Assembly: GCA_045611725.1 (NCBI GenBank)
Contig: JAZKXQ010000208.1
Coordinates: 1 to 26,516, forward strand
Length of the DNA: 26,516 nt
Origin: Oscillospiraceae bacterium
GTDB lineage: Bacteria > Bacillota > Clostridia > Oscillospirales > Ruminococcaceae
Reading direction: 5' to 3'
Shown: piece by piece, positions 16,039 to 23,296 of the stretch
Layout: the number at the start of each line of letters is the position of its first letter
Position numbering within the stretch: the first letter of the stretch is position 1
Translations under genes and position numbers: made by a program
Notes under the pieces: generated by a model
Told to the model about the DNA's origin: nothing
Seen by the model: the letters and a program-made list of their open reading frames with translations, nothing else
Databases searched by the model: none

Positions 16039-16090
16039 TGATATAATAGAACTATATTTAAAAAATTTTTGTATCTTTTTTTTCTTTCTC

Positions 16091-16459
16091 CTATTTATTT
16101 AATTTTGATATAATAAATTCTTGGCATTCTTCAATAGTTCTCCAACAAAAATAATTATACCCTTCTGCTATTAAACGATCTCTCCAGACTTTTTGTTCAG
16201 GTGATAATCTTCCAGTCGGGGCCTTAAGCTCGATGAAAAACACTCCAGTCCTATGAATCACTACAAGATCTGGTATACCCTTTGACCATCCACGAGCTTT
16301 TGACCACTGAGTAAATCTGATTCGCCCCTCTATAGTTGGTATAAAATGCAAAGCTGGACCAACCGCATCTGTCTGAATAGGAATATAATTGTGTTTACGT
16401 AGAAGATTTACCACTTGAACTTGAAGATCGTTTTCTGATTTTATAGTCTTTCTTCTCAT
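16091..16459 (-). CDS. VRR-NUC domain nuclease (Holliday junction resolvase-like)
   Basis: E..LQ..V, GIPDLVVI, FFIELKAPTGRLSPEQKVW...L...G; textbook VRR-NUC PD-(D/E)xK motif. Confidence 0.85.
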   Translation of the reverse strand: MRRKTIKSENDLQVQVVNLLRKHNYIPIQTDAVGPALHFIPTIEGRIRFTQWSKARGWSKGIPDLVVIHRTGVFFIELKAPTGRLSPEQKVWRDRLIAEGYNYFCWRTIEECQEFIISKLNK

Positions 16460-16465
16460 GTCTGT

Positions 16466-16494
16466 ATTATATTATATTTAATAAAAATTTACAA
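16466..16494 (-). promoter_or_regulatory. Sigma70-type promoter
   Basis: TTGTAA-N17-TATAAT, preceded by TTAAAC; the ATG of VRR-NUC begins 7 nt after the -10. Confidence 0.7.
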
Positions 16495-16512
16495 GTTTAA
16501 TAAAAGTCTCTC

Positions 16513-16554
16513 AAATTTGCCCCAGATTGTAAAAAAGTGCATTCAGGCTATAAC
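16513..16554 (-). promoter_or_regulatory. Upstream operator-like element (copy 1)
   Basis: GTTATAGCCTGAA-N13-AATCTG-N2-GCAA; second copy at 18109-18148 on the + strand. Confidence 0.5.
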
Positions 16555-17369
16555 TACTCATCCCCACCTTCAAATTCTTCTGTATGGTCAAAAAAATCGG
16601 GTTCTTGTTCATTTTCATCAGTATCCTTTACTTCATCTTCTTGTTTTTCATCTTCTTCAAACAAAAAGTTCTCAATATTACTTTCTTTTACCACTTTATG
16701 TAGATAGCTTTTGAATACACTTGAGTCTCTACTATATTGTTCACCCCAACAGTTGGTAAGTCTTTTGAAGGCGAGTTTTATTTTCTTTTCTGATTGTCCC
16801 TCAAGGCCGAAGTATTTTACATAATTATCAATCCATTCTCTGACTTCGAGGCCTCTCAGAGAAAAAGAACCCCCACCATTTGGCCCAAAACGATTATAAA
16901 AAGCTTGATCTATATCCTCTATATCGTAGATTTTATCATCTTTTTCATCAAATAACCATCTACACCATATGACTCTCTTATATTCTTCTTTTCTTATGTC
17001 TTCAAATTCTTGTTTTGTAGGAAAAATAAGGTCTTTATAATCAAACCTCTCAACCTGACGTGCAAAAACATCATACCCCCACTTAACAAAATCTGGATGC
17101 CACATATAATCTTCAATATTACGAGCACCGCCCATATAAAGGTCCATAAACACCCTTTCCTTCGCATAACGGTCCGGCCCCCTATTTACTTTGACCATCT
17201 TGAGATTATGTTTTTTTACCACTCCCTTCAGTATTTCTGTTCTTGAGGTACCAGATCCTATAAATTCCTCTTTGCTTCCAATCATGCCGATAAATCTTGA
17301 AAACTCCCTTTCTCCTTTTTGGTAGAGTTGTAGTATTTGTTCTTCTATATCAATCATTTTATTTTTCAA
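16554..17369 (-). CDS. Hypothetical protein with acidic tail
   Basis: 271 aa; TTG start 7 nt after AAGGA (or ATG 12 nt later); no family recognised. Confidence 0.72.
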   Translation of the reverse strand: MKNKMIDIEEQILQLYQKGEREFSRFIGMIGSKEEFIGSGTSRTEILKGVVKKHNLKMVKVNRGPDRYAKERVFMDLYMGGARNIEDYMWHPDFVKWGYDVFARQVERFDYKDLIFPTKQEFEDIRKEEYKRVIWCRWLFDEKDDKIYDIEDIDQAFYNRFGPNGGGSFSLRGLEVREWIDNYVKYFGLEGQSEKKIKLAFKRLTNCWGEQYSRDSSVFKSYLHKVVKESNIENFLFEEDEKQEDEVKDTDENEQEPDFFDHTEEFEGGDE

Positions 17370-17380
17370 GTCGAGTCCTT

Positions 17381-17560
17381 TTATTCTTTCTTAATCACAA
17401 TTTCTACACTACGAACATCATCATGAGACTGCATCTTCAATAAACAATCCTCTATTATATCATCAAAGCTACTATGATCGTAATAATCCAAATCAACGTT
17501 TCTTGTTATTGTTTGAAGTTCTTTACCAATTACTTGTTTGAGTTTTATAACGGCTATCAT
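17381..17560 (-). CDS. Small hypothetical protein, 59 aa (not in ORF track)
   Basis: RBS AAGGAAAG; MIAVIKLKQVIGKELQTITRNVDLDYYDHSSFDDIIEDCLLKMQSHDDVRSVEIVIKKE*; fills the gap up to the RBS of the next gene. Confidence 0.65.
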   Translation of the reverse strand: MIAVIKLKQVIGKELQTITRNVDLDYYDHSSFDDIIEDCLLKMQSHDDVRSVEIVIKKE

Positions 17561-17635
17561 TTTCTTTCCTTGTTTTTTGTTGATGTTATATAGAACCGTT
17601 TTTGAAAGAGAAGAATTTGATAAAAAAAATAAATG

Positions 17636-17934
17636 TTGGTTGGGTTTGGTGAGACTTTATTCCAGAGAGTTCGTTTTGTGGTATACCATCCTTACATAAA
17701 AATGATATAAAAATTGGTTGGGTTTTGGTACGGATTTGTGGGCTCTCAAGGACTCAAAAACAACGTCATAAACACGTCATAACATACGTGTACTCTTTAA
17801 TAGTTAAGAGCTTAAGTACATAAATAATAAAATAAATAGATAAATAACCAAACCAAATAAATAATTAAATAATTAAAATACAAGATTTAAGTTTGGAGCT
17901 TAATAACGAACTATCTGGAATTAACCAAACCAAA
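17636..17934. repeat. Symmetric iteron-like repeats in AT-rich divergent region (origin or control candidate)
   Basis: TTGGTTGGGTTT(T)GGT at 17636 and 17714; opposite-sense TAACCAAACCAAA at 17845 and 17922; central tandem ACGTCATAA; long A/T tract. Confidence 0.5.
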
Positions 17935-18108
17935 ATATATTTCTTTTCTTTGGTTACTTTCTTTGCTTTGTGATAGGGTATAAAAAACAAGATGGTAAAA
18001 GTCCTGATCTGAGATGAAATAGAAAATGTTGTCTTGAGTCCTTTTATAAAATCAAAGATAAGGCACTTTTTTTGAGGCGTGAGTGGGTGTAAATATTTTT
18101 CTGGTATG

Positions 18109-18148
18109 GTTATAGCCTGAAAGTGTTTTTGAATAATCTGAAGCAATT
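18109..18148 (+). promoter_or_regulatory. Upstream operator-like element (copy 2)
   Basis: GTTATAGCCTGAA-N13-AATCTG-N2-GCAA, same spacing as copy 1. Confidence 0.5.
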
Positions 18149-18190
18149 ATAGCATTTTTATTTAATATGAGCTGGATCGAAAAATTAAAC

Positions 18191-18219
18191 TTGCAAGACT
18201 ATTTCTTACATGATATATT
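18191..18219 (+). promoter_or_regulatory. Sigma70-type promoter
   Basis: TTGCAA-N17-TATATT, preceded by TTAAAC, upstream of the + strand module. Confidence 0.6.
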
Positions 18220-18271
18220 TTTTTTCGTAACAAGGTTCTATATATCGTAATGGATGTAAAATCTGTTATTT

Positions 18272-18314
18272 GGGGGTGAGGGTTCTTCTTATCATTTAAT
18301 CCTCCCTCACCTCC
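18272..18314 (+). promoter_or_regulatory. 5' leader hairpin
   Basis: GGGGGTGAGGG/CCCTCACCTCC, 11 bp (one G-U), 21-nt pyrimidine-rich loop. Confidence 0.65.
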
Positions 18315-18374
18315 AAGCAATTTTATAAAAGGATGAAATGATTGCGAAACAAAAAAGAAACAAAAGGAAATGAT

Positions 18375-18803
18375 ATGATAAATTACAAAAAGGGTAAATA
18401 CTCTACCTGCACTTTTACAAACGATGAAATTGATATAGAAAAAAACTTATACCCATTCAGAATTGATGTAAGTTTTTATGGTCTCCCAAATTTATTACGA
18501 TTATTTGGTGTTGGCATTGGTTTTAATGATGTCAAAGGTAAATGGAAAAGAGTTTTTAAATATAAAAGTAACAAACTCACACAAATTTATAATAAAACAG
18601 ATGAAGAATCAGGCAAAACAATAACAGTAAAAAAGATTGATTATATTCCTGCATGCATTATAGACGAATTGATGCATAAAATAATGGATGTGATAAATAG
18701 TGATGATTATATAACGACAATTGAGAAAAAGATACAAGCTGATTATAATAGATCACAAACACAAAAATTTAAAAAACAAAATAAGGAGAAAAACAATGAT
18801 TAA
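18375..18803 (+). CDS. Hypothetical protein
   Basis: Start moved to ATG at 18375 behind AAAAGGAAA; K-rich, possibly nucleic-acid binding; no family recognised. Confidence 0.7.
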   Translation: MINYKKGKYSTCTFTNDEIDIEKNLYPFRIDVSFYGLPNLLRLFGVGIGFNDVKGKWKRVFKYKSNKLTQIYNKTDEESGKTITVKKIDYIPACIIDELMHKIMDVINSDDYITTIEKKIQADYNRSQTQKFKKQNKEKNND

Positions 18804-19653
18804 AATATCTGAAACAAACTTTGATTATGTATTTGAAAATGAACAATTAACAATGAAAATATCAAAAAACATCTGGAAGCAATTACCAAAATCTACTCTT
18901 GGGGATGTATTGAAGGATGGTAATGATACTGTAATTTTTTCCAAGACTCCAAATGGTATAAAAATTCAAAAGACATTCAAAGATAAGTTTTTGGTATTTA
19001 ATACTGATGAATACACTTGGGAATATATCAAAAAGTGGGTAAGACACCCTGAAAAACGTGATGAACTGACAGCTGAATACAAAAACTATATGAAGCCTGA
19101 GGAAGTAGAGAAGAGGAAGATAGAGAAATTTGCTGAGCAGTTTGACCCAAATAATCCAGAAAATCAGAAAAAGAAAGATGAAGCCTATGCAAAGATTGAG
19201 GTTGTTGAAGAGGGGACTGTAGGAGTTTCAGGTGACACAGGAAATAAACCAGAAGAAAAGATATTGACAAGAGAAATGGTTGATACTTTGACTTTTGCTG
19301 AATTGAAAGAGAAAATTGTAAAAGAAAAGTATAAAGCCCCAAATTACGCCAAAAGTCAACAATCTATTTTTTCAGAAGCTTGGAGAAAGAGTCATTGGCA
19401 ACTGAAAAACATGGGTGGAAAGATTGGGTTATTTTGGGATTGTGTTTCTCCTTACGCTTATGATTATCAAATTGTGTGGGATATAATGATAAATATGATC
19501 TTTGAAGAGAAAAACACTTATTATACACACAAAACTTACCAAAACGTAAAAGATCAAGTAAAGTGCTGGGAAGAAAAAGCTCAAAAACAAAATAAACCAA
19601 ATCAAAAAGTAGAAATTGATGTATTAAATGATGTTGAGTTACCTTTTGATTAA
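18796..19653 (+). CDS. Hypothetical protein with SSB-like C-terminal tip
   Basis: Start at ATG 18796 behind AAGGAG; ends VEIDVLNDVELPFD; no family recognised. Confidence 0.72.
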   Translation: MIKISETNFDYVFENEQLTMKISKNIWKQLPKSTLGDVLKDGNDTVIFSKTPNGIKIQKTFKDKFLVFNTDEYTWEYIKKWVRHPEKRDELTAEYKNYMKPEEVEKRKIEKFAEQFDPNNPENQKKKDEAYAKIEVVEEGTVGVSGDTGNKPEEKILTREMVDTLTFAELKEKIVKEKYKAPNYAKSQQSIFSEAWRKSHWQLKNMGGKIGLFWDCVSPYAYDYQIVWDIMINMIFEEKNTYYTHKTYQNVKDQVKCWEEKAQKQNKPNQKVEIDVLNDVELPFD

Positions 19654-19655
19654 AC

Positions 19656-19683
19656 TTGCATCTCACATTAAATTTTGTATAAT
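19656..19683 (+). promoter_or_regulatory. Sigma70-type promoter
   Basis: TTGCAT-N16-TATAAT, preceded by TTAAAC like the other two. Confidence 0.6.
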
Positions 19684-19854
19684 AGTTATGTGTAAGGATC
19701 AGAAATAGAAAAGAAAACTGTGTGGGGTGTTCGCAGTATAAAGACTCTGGAAACCTTGATTGAATCTTGGATAACATAAAGACCACCAACACCCTTTCAA
19801 AAATAAAATTCATTCCGAGATAAAAATTTTTTCAGAATGAGTTCTATTTATTAT

Positions 19855-19905
19855 GAGAGCAAGAGTTTTGTTTTACACTATTGCCTTATTTTGTCTCTTG
19901 CTCTC
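19855..19905 (+). promoter_or_regulatory. 5' leader hairpin
   Basis: GAGAGCAAGAG/CTCTTGCTCTC, perfect 11 bp, 29-nt T-rich loop. Confidence 0.68.
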
Positions 19906-19965
19906 TCCCAATTCAAAACAAATAAAGGCGATGGAAAAATAACAAAAAAAACAAAAGGCAATAAT

Positions 19966-20376
19966 ATGATAAATAATATCCCTGATTTCGCAACATTTAT
20001 AATTCCAATTGAAGCTTATGAAAACGACCATGATCTACCAGCACCAACAAAAAGAAATGAATTGGTGTGGGAAGATGAAGTAAAACCAGAACCAAAGAAA
20101 GATATTGAAAGAAAGGAATTTGGATCTGCTATATTGATTTCTTGTATGGGTAAAACTGTTATAAAAGTCAAAGGTAGAGATGGTAAAGAATATAACAAAT
20201 TTACCATTGATGAAAAGAATGATTCCGATTTGGTAGATTTCCTTGATGGTCGTTATAGTGAATTGAAGATAGGCTCAGACTTATTTACGAAAGATAGTTG
20301 GGGTGGAATAGAAAAAAACAACAAATTCTGGCTATCAAAACGTGAAGCACAAGAATGCCAACAACTATTCAAATAA
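19966..20376 (+). CDS. Hypothetical protein
   Basis: Start moved to ATG at 19966 behind AAAAGG; the longer annotated N-terminus runs through the leader hairpin. Confidence 0.68.
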   Translation: MINNIPDFATFIIPIEAYENDHDLPAPTKRNELVWEDEVKPEPKKDIERKEFGSAILISCMGKTVIKVKGRDGKEYNKFTIDEKNDSDLVDFLDGRYSELKIGSDLFTKDSWGGIEKNNKFWLSKREAQECQQLFK

Positions 20377-20386
20377 GGGGGGTAAA

Positions 20387-21028
20387 ATGAGATTCAACAA
20401 CGGAAGTAATCACTATAAACATACACAAGCAAAATACAAAAGGTTTATAGATGGGGAATGGATGGTTAATGGCTTCACAGATTTTGACTCAACATACTTG
20501 GAAGATGATAGGTTTTTTATTCTCGTGGAAGATAAAAACTATAAAATCCAAAATGAGAAGTCTGCGAAATTCCAACTGAGCAGAATGAAACAATTTGCCA
20601 AGTACTTCTCTCTCCCTTTCCTTGGTATCATGACGAAATCAATTGTTCCTGATATTGATAAACACAAAGAATTGGAATACAAAGCAAGAGTACCACTCCA
20701 CAAATGTAAGGTAGTGGCTCTTGTAACAAATATGTATGATGGAGAAAGACTTGAAACACCGGCGGTAATAACATCTGATGAAAACGCACAAGCCAACTTC
20801 AACTTCAACGATATTCAAGCTTGTTTATTTGAGTGGATGGATAGAAATAAATTGATTACTGAAGCAGAAAAACAACAATATCGTGAACTGTACAAAGTAA
20901 AAAGACAAGAATGGTGGATGAGTGAGTTGCGGGATGAAATTATAACACAACTGGCTGATGAAGGGTTGAATAAAGAAGGAAACGACTACTTGAAGGAACT
21001 TGTTGAAGAAGCAGGAGATATGAAATGA
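20387..21028 (+). CDS. PD-(D/E)xK-like nuclease-fold protein (putative)
   Basis: GFTDFD......FFILVEDK motif; start at ATG 20387 behind AAGGGGGGT. Confidence 0.45.
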   Translation: MRFNNGSNHYKHTQAKYKRFIDGEWMVNGFTDFDSTYLEDDRFFILVEDKNYKIQNEKSAKFQLSRMKQFAKYFSLPFLGIMTKSIVPDIDKHKELEYKARVPLHKCKVVALVTNMYDGERLETPAVITSDENAQANFNFNDIQACLFEWMDRNKLITEAEKQQYRELYKVKRQEWWMSELRDEIITQLADEGLNKEGNDYLKELVEEAGDMK

Positions 21029-21324
21029 TTGTAGGACTTATTATTGTATCTGTATTGTGCATTATTTTGACCGTGGAAGCGTATAAATTGATTGTAAGGT
21101 GTAGGGAGCTTGAATTCAAATTACGATGCGTCAGAGCTGCAAATAAAGAGCAAATAGACAGACAAATAAAAAAGAGAAAAGGGGAACAAGAGAACAAGGC
21201 TGAGAATGATTCTTTATTTGAATGTGGTTTCCCGCCTCCAATTGTGTCTTTACCAAAAAACTTTACATTCAAAAATAAAGTTGACAAGAAAATTAAAAAA
21301 AGGCATAATAAGAGTGCAAAATAA
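21025..21324 (+). CDS. Membrane-anchored hypothetical protein
   Basis: N-terminal hydrophobic stretch MIVGLIIVSVLCIILTV, then K/R-rich; ATGA overlap with the upstream gene. Confidence 0.65.
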   Translation: MIVGLIIVSVLCIILTVEAYKLIVRCRELEFKLRCVRAANKEQIDRQIKKRKGEQENKAENDSLFECGFPPPIVSLPKNFTFKNKVDKKIKKRHNKSAK

Positions 21325-21448
21325 AAAAGCCTGAGGGTAATAATAGGAGGTATGGACAGTTTATGCTGTTGAGTAGTCCTGTCAATAGATGATAAGACAC
21401 ATGAGAGGACGAGGGGGCTTGAAAATTTTGCATCACCTTTGTACAAAT

Positions 21449-21478
21449 AAAAATCCTGGCCTCATGACTGGGATTTTT
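21449..21478. terminator. Intrinsic terminator (possibly bidirectional) ending the + strand module
   Basis: AAAAATCCTGG...CTGGGATTTTT hairpin with A/T tails on both sides. Confidence 0.7.
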
Positions 21479-21482
21479 TAAT

Positions 21483-21510
21483 TTTACTTTCTATTTTATT
21501 GTGTTATTAT
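21483..21510 (+). promoter_or_regulatory. Possible promoter for the small membrane peptide
   Basis: TTTACT-N16-TATTAT with extended TG (GTGTTATTAT), just after the terminator. Confidence 0.4.
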
Positions 21511-21536
21511 GATTATGTAAAACAAGAGGCAATAAA

Positions 21537-21647
21537 ATGATAACATTGACTTTATTACTTTTATCACCACTTATTGGTGCAGGTATTTGGAAAGTTTATA
21601 CAAAATTGGTAGACTGGTTATTTGATTCAGCCTACAAAAACAATTAA
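21537..21647 (+). CDS. Small single-pass membrane peptide, 36 aa (not in ORF track)
   Basis: RBS AAGAGG; MITLTLLLLSPLIGAGIWKVYTKLVDWLFDSAYKNN*; bracketed by two terminators. Confidence 0.62.
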   Translation: MITLTLLLLSPLIGAGIWKVYTKLVDWLFDSAYKNN

Positions 21648-21651
21648 TTAT

Positions 21652-21680
21652 AAATCCCAGCTTTTGACTGGGATTTTCTT
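21652..21680. terminator. Bidirectional intrinsic terminator
   Basis: AAATCCCAG-CTTTTGA-CTGGGATTT, perfect 9-bp stem between the convergent peptide gene and the last ejection gene. Confidence 0.8.
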
Positions 21681-23278
21681 TATTGCATCAAACTCTGCAT
21701 TATTGGTTGTTGATATGTAGTTGGATAATATCTCAATGCTTTATAAAATCTCAAAGGCATTGAGTCTTCTTTTTGTATTGTTTTGATTGGAGTTTGATTG
21801 ATCACTGTTGTTGGTTTTGAATAAGGTTTGATCATTTCTGGTGCTACTGGTTTACCTTCCAACAAAGCACCAACTGTTTTATTCATAACTTCAGGATTTT
21901 TCGCTGCTGCTTTTTGAGCTGTTTTTACTGCGTTTTGTGTAGCATTTGTTGTGGCTTTATTGATCAAGTATTTCTTTGCAGCACTACTTGTTCCGCCTCT
22001 CAATGCATTTTTACCAGCTACAGCCAAGAAACCAGCTCCTGGACCACCAAAAGCATTACCAATAAGTCCAAGTGCAACGTCTCCACCAACTTCCATCCAG
22101 CCAGGTATTTTTGCACTATCAGCAAGAGGTTTATTTACCAACTTATTTGAAACACGTTTTGCCATACCTTCAGTAATCATTCTCTTTTCAAGTATGTCTT
22201 TTGTTTCTTTTGATAAACCTTTACCATATTGATCAATAGCATAATTTACAATTTCACGTACATTTTTCAATTCAACTTCTTCAACCGCATTTTCAGCAGA
22301 TTCGATTGTTGTTTGAGTTGCTTTTGATAGTTTATTGGCTATTTTTGAAAGTATTTGTTTATCGTTTTGATTTGTGATACCAGATGCAACATCATCAATA
22401 GCACTTGTAATTTGATTTTTCCATCCCAAATTTGCCAAATCGTTTACACCCTGCATTATTTCAGAGTTATATAAACCAGCGTTCTTTGGTGTTTCTTTTA
22501 CAAGTTCTGTTGCTACTTTTGCTTGTGTTGCGTAATCATCAGCTTCACCCATCAAAGTAGAAAGGATGTTTATATTTGTTTCACCTTTTGGATTGGTATA
22601 TAATGCTACTTTGCTTGTTTCAGGATCGGCTACTCTCTTCAAGGCTTGGATGGTGTTTGGTATTTTCTTTTCAACCATCTTTTCACCTTGTTTTACTACT
22701 TGTTTTGTAATGAAGTTTTTACCACCATTGATTGCAGCTTTTCCACCTTTTACCAAATATCTACCAGCAACAGGAAGAGCAGCAGAGGCACCACCAACTA
22801 TTGCAGCATCAGCGGCTCTATTTTTCCAATCACCTTCACCCATGCCATAACCATAAGCAGCTCCCATAACAGCTTGAGCTTGAGGAGTTAATGTTGCACC
22901 ACCTGAAATAGCAGCAAGAGCGGCTTCGCCAACTATACCAGCACCAATATTCAATGGATAAGCAACCTCTGGCATGTTTTTGAAAGCACCTTCTGTAGAT
23001 TCTCTGGCATTTTTCAAATATTCATCATAAGACTTATCACCAACCAAAGATCTTACATAGGCTTCTGCTTCGTCTGCATAAGATCCAATAACTGGGATAC
23101 CTTGGGCAAAAGCACGTGCACCACCACCCCAATTTGCACCTCTTTCTGGGTTTACATCAGGGTCGGCACTCAATGTTGCTGGATCAAAATTTGTAGCTTT
23201 ATTGTAGTCCTGCAGAAAGCCTTCCAAATTTTCTTCAGGTACATCAAAAACTTTATTATCCCAAGTCTGTATTCTCAT
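21680..23278 (-). CDS. DNA ejection / internal virion protein (large)
   Basis: 532 aa, Ala/Gly-rich; GARAFAQGIPVIGSYADEAEAYVRSL motif and hydrophobic G/A helices typical of podovirus ejection proteins; last of three such genes. Confidence 0.6.
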   Translation of the reverse strand: MRIQTWDNKVFDVPEENLEGFLQDYNKATNFDPATLSADPDVNPERGANWGGGARAFAQGIPVIGSYADEAEAYVRSLVGDKSYDEYLKNARESTEGAFKNMPEVAYPLNIGAGIVGEAALAAISGGATLTPQAQAVMGAAYGYGMGEGDWKNRAADAAIVGGASAALPVAGRYLVKGGKAAINGGKNFITKQVVKQGEKMVEKKIPNTIQALKRVADPETSKVALYTNPKGETNINILSTLMGEADDYATQAKVATELVKETPKNAGLYNSEIMQGVNDLANLGWKNQITSAIDDVASGITNQNDKQILSKIANKLSKATQTTIESAENAVEEVELKNVREIVNYAIDQYGKGLSKETKDILEKRMITEGMAKRVSNKLVNKPLADSAKIPGWMEVGGDVALGLIGNAFGGPGAGFLAVAGKNALRGGTSSAAKKYLINKATTNATQNAVKTAQKAAAKNPEVMNKTVGALLEGKPVAPEMIKPYSKPTTVINQTPIKTIQKEDSMPLRFYKALRYYPTTYQQPIMQSLMQ

Positions 23279-23296
23279 TTATTGGTCCTCTGATTT

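Noticed and set aside
16060-16560. Stop-codon recoding (TAG read-through), suggested by two TAG stops at 16091 and 16554
   Set aside because: All long genes are intact under the standard code. Read-through would add only short junk extensions, and no suppressor tRNA is visible.
17865-18146. 93-aa minus-strand ORF in the divergent control region
   Set aside because: No RBS, low-complexity composition, and it overlaps repeats and the operator-like element; more likely non-coding.
21325-21425. Twister or hammerhead ribozyme resemblance (AAGCC-TGA...GAGGGGGCTT; CTGTTGAG...GGACGAG)
   Set aside because: The twister L4 AAGC and pseudoknot pairings and the hammerhead GAAA are missing.
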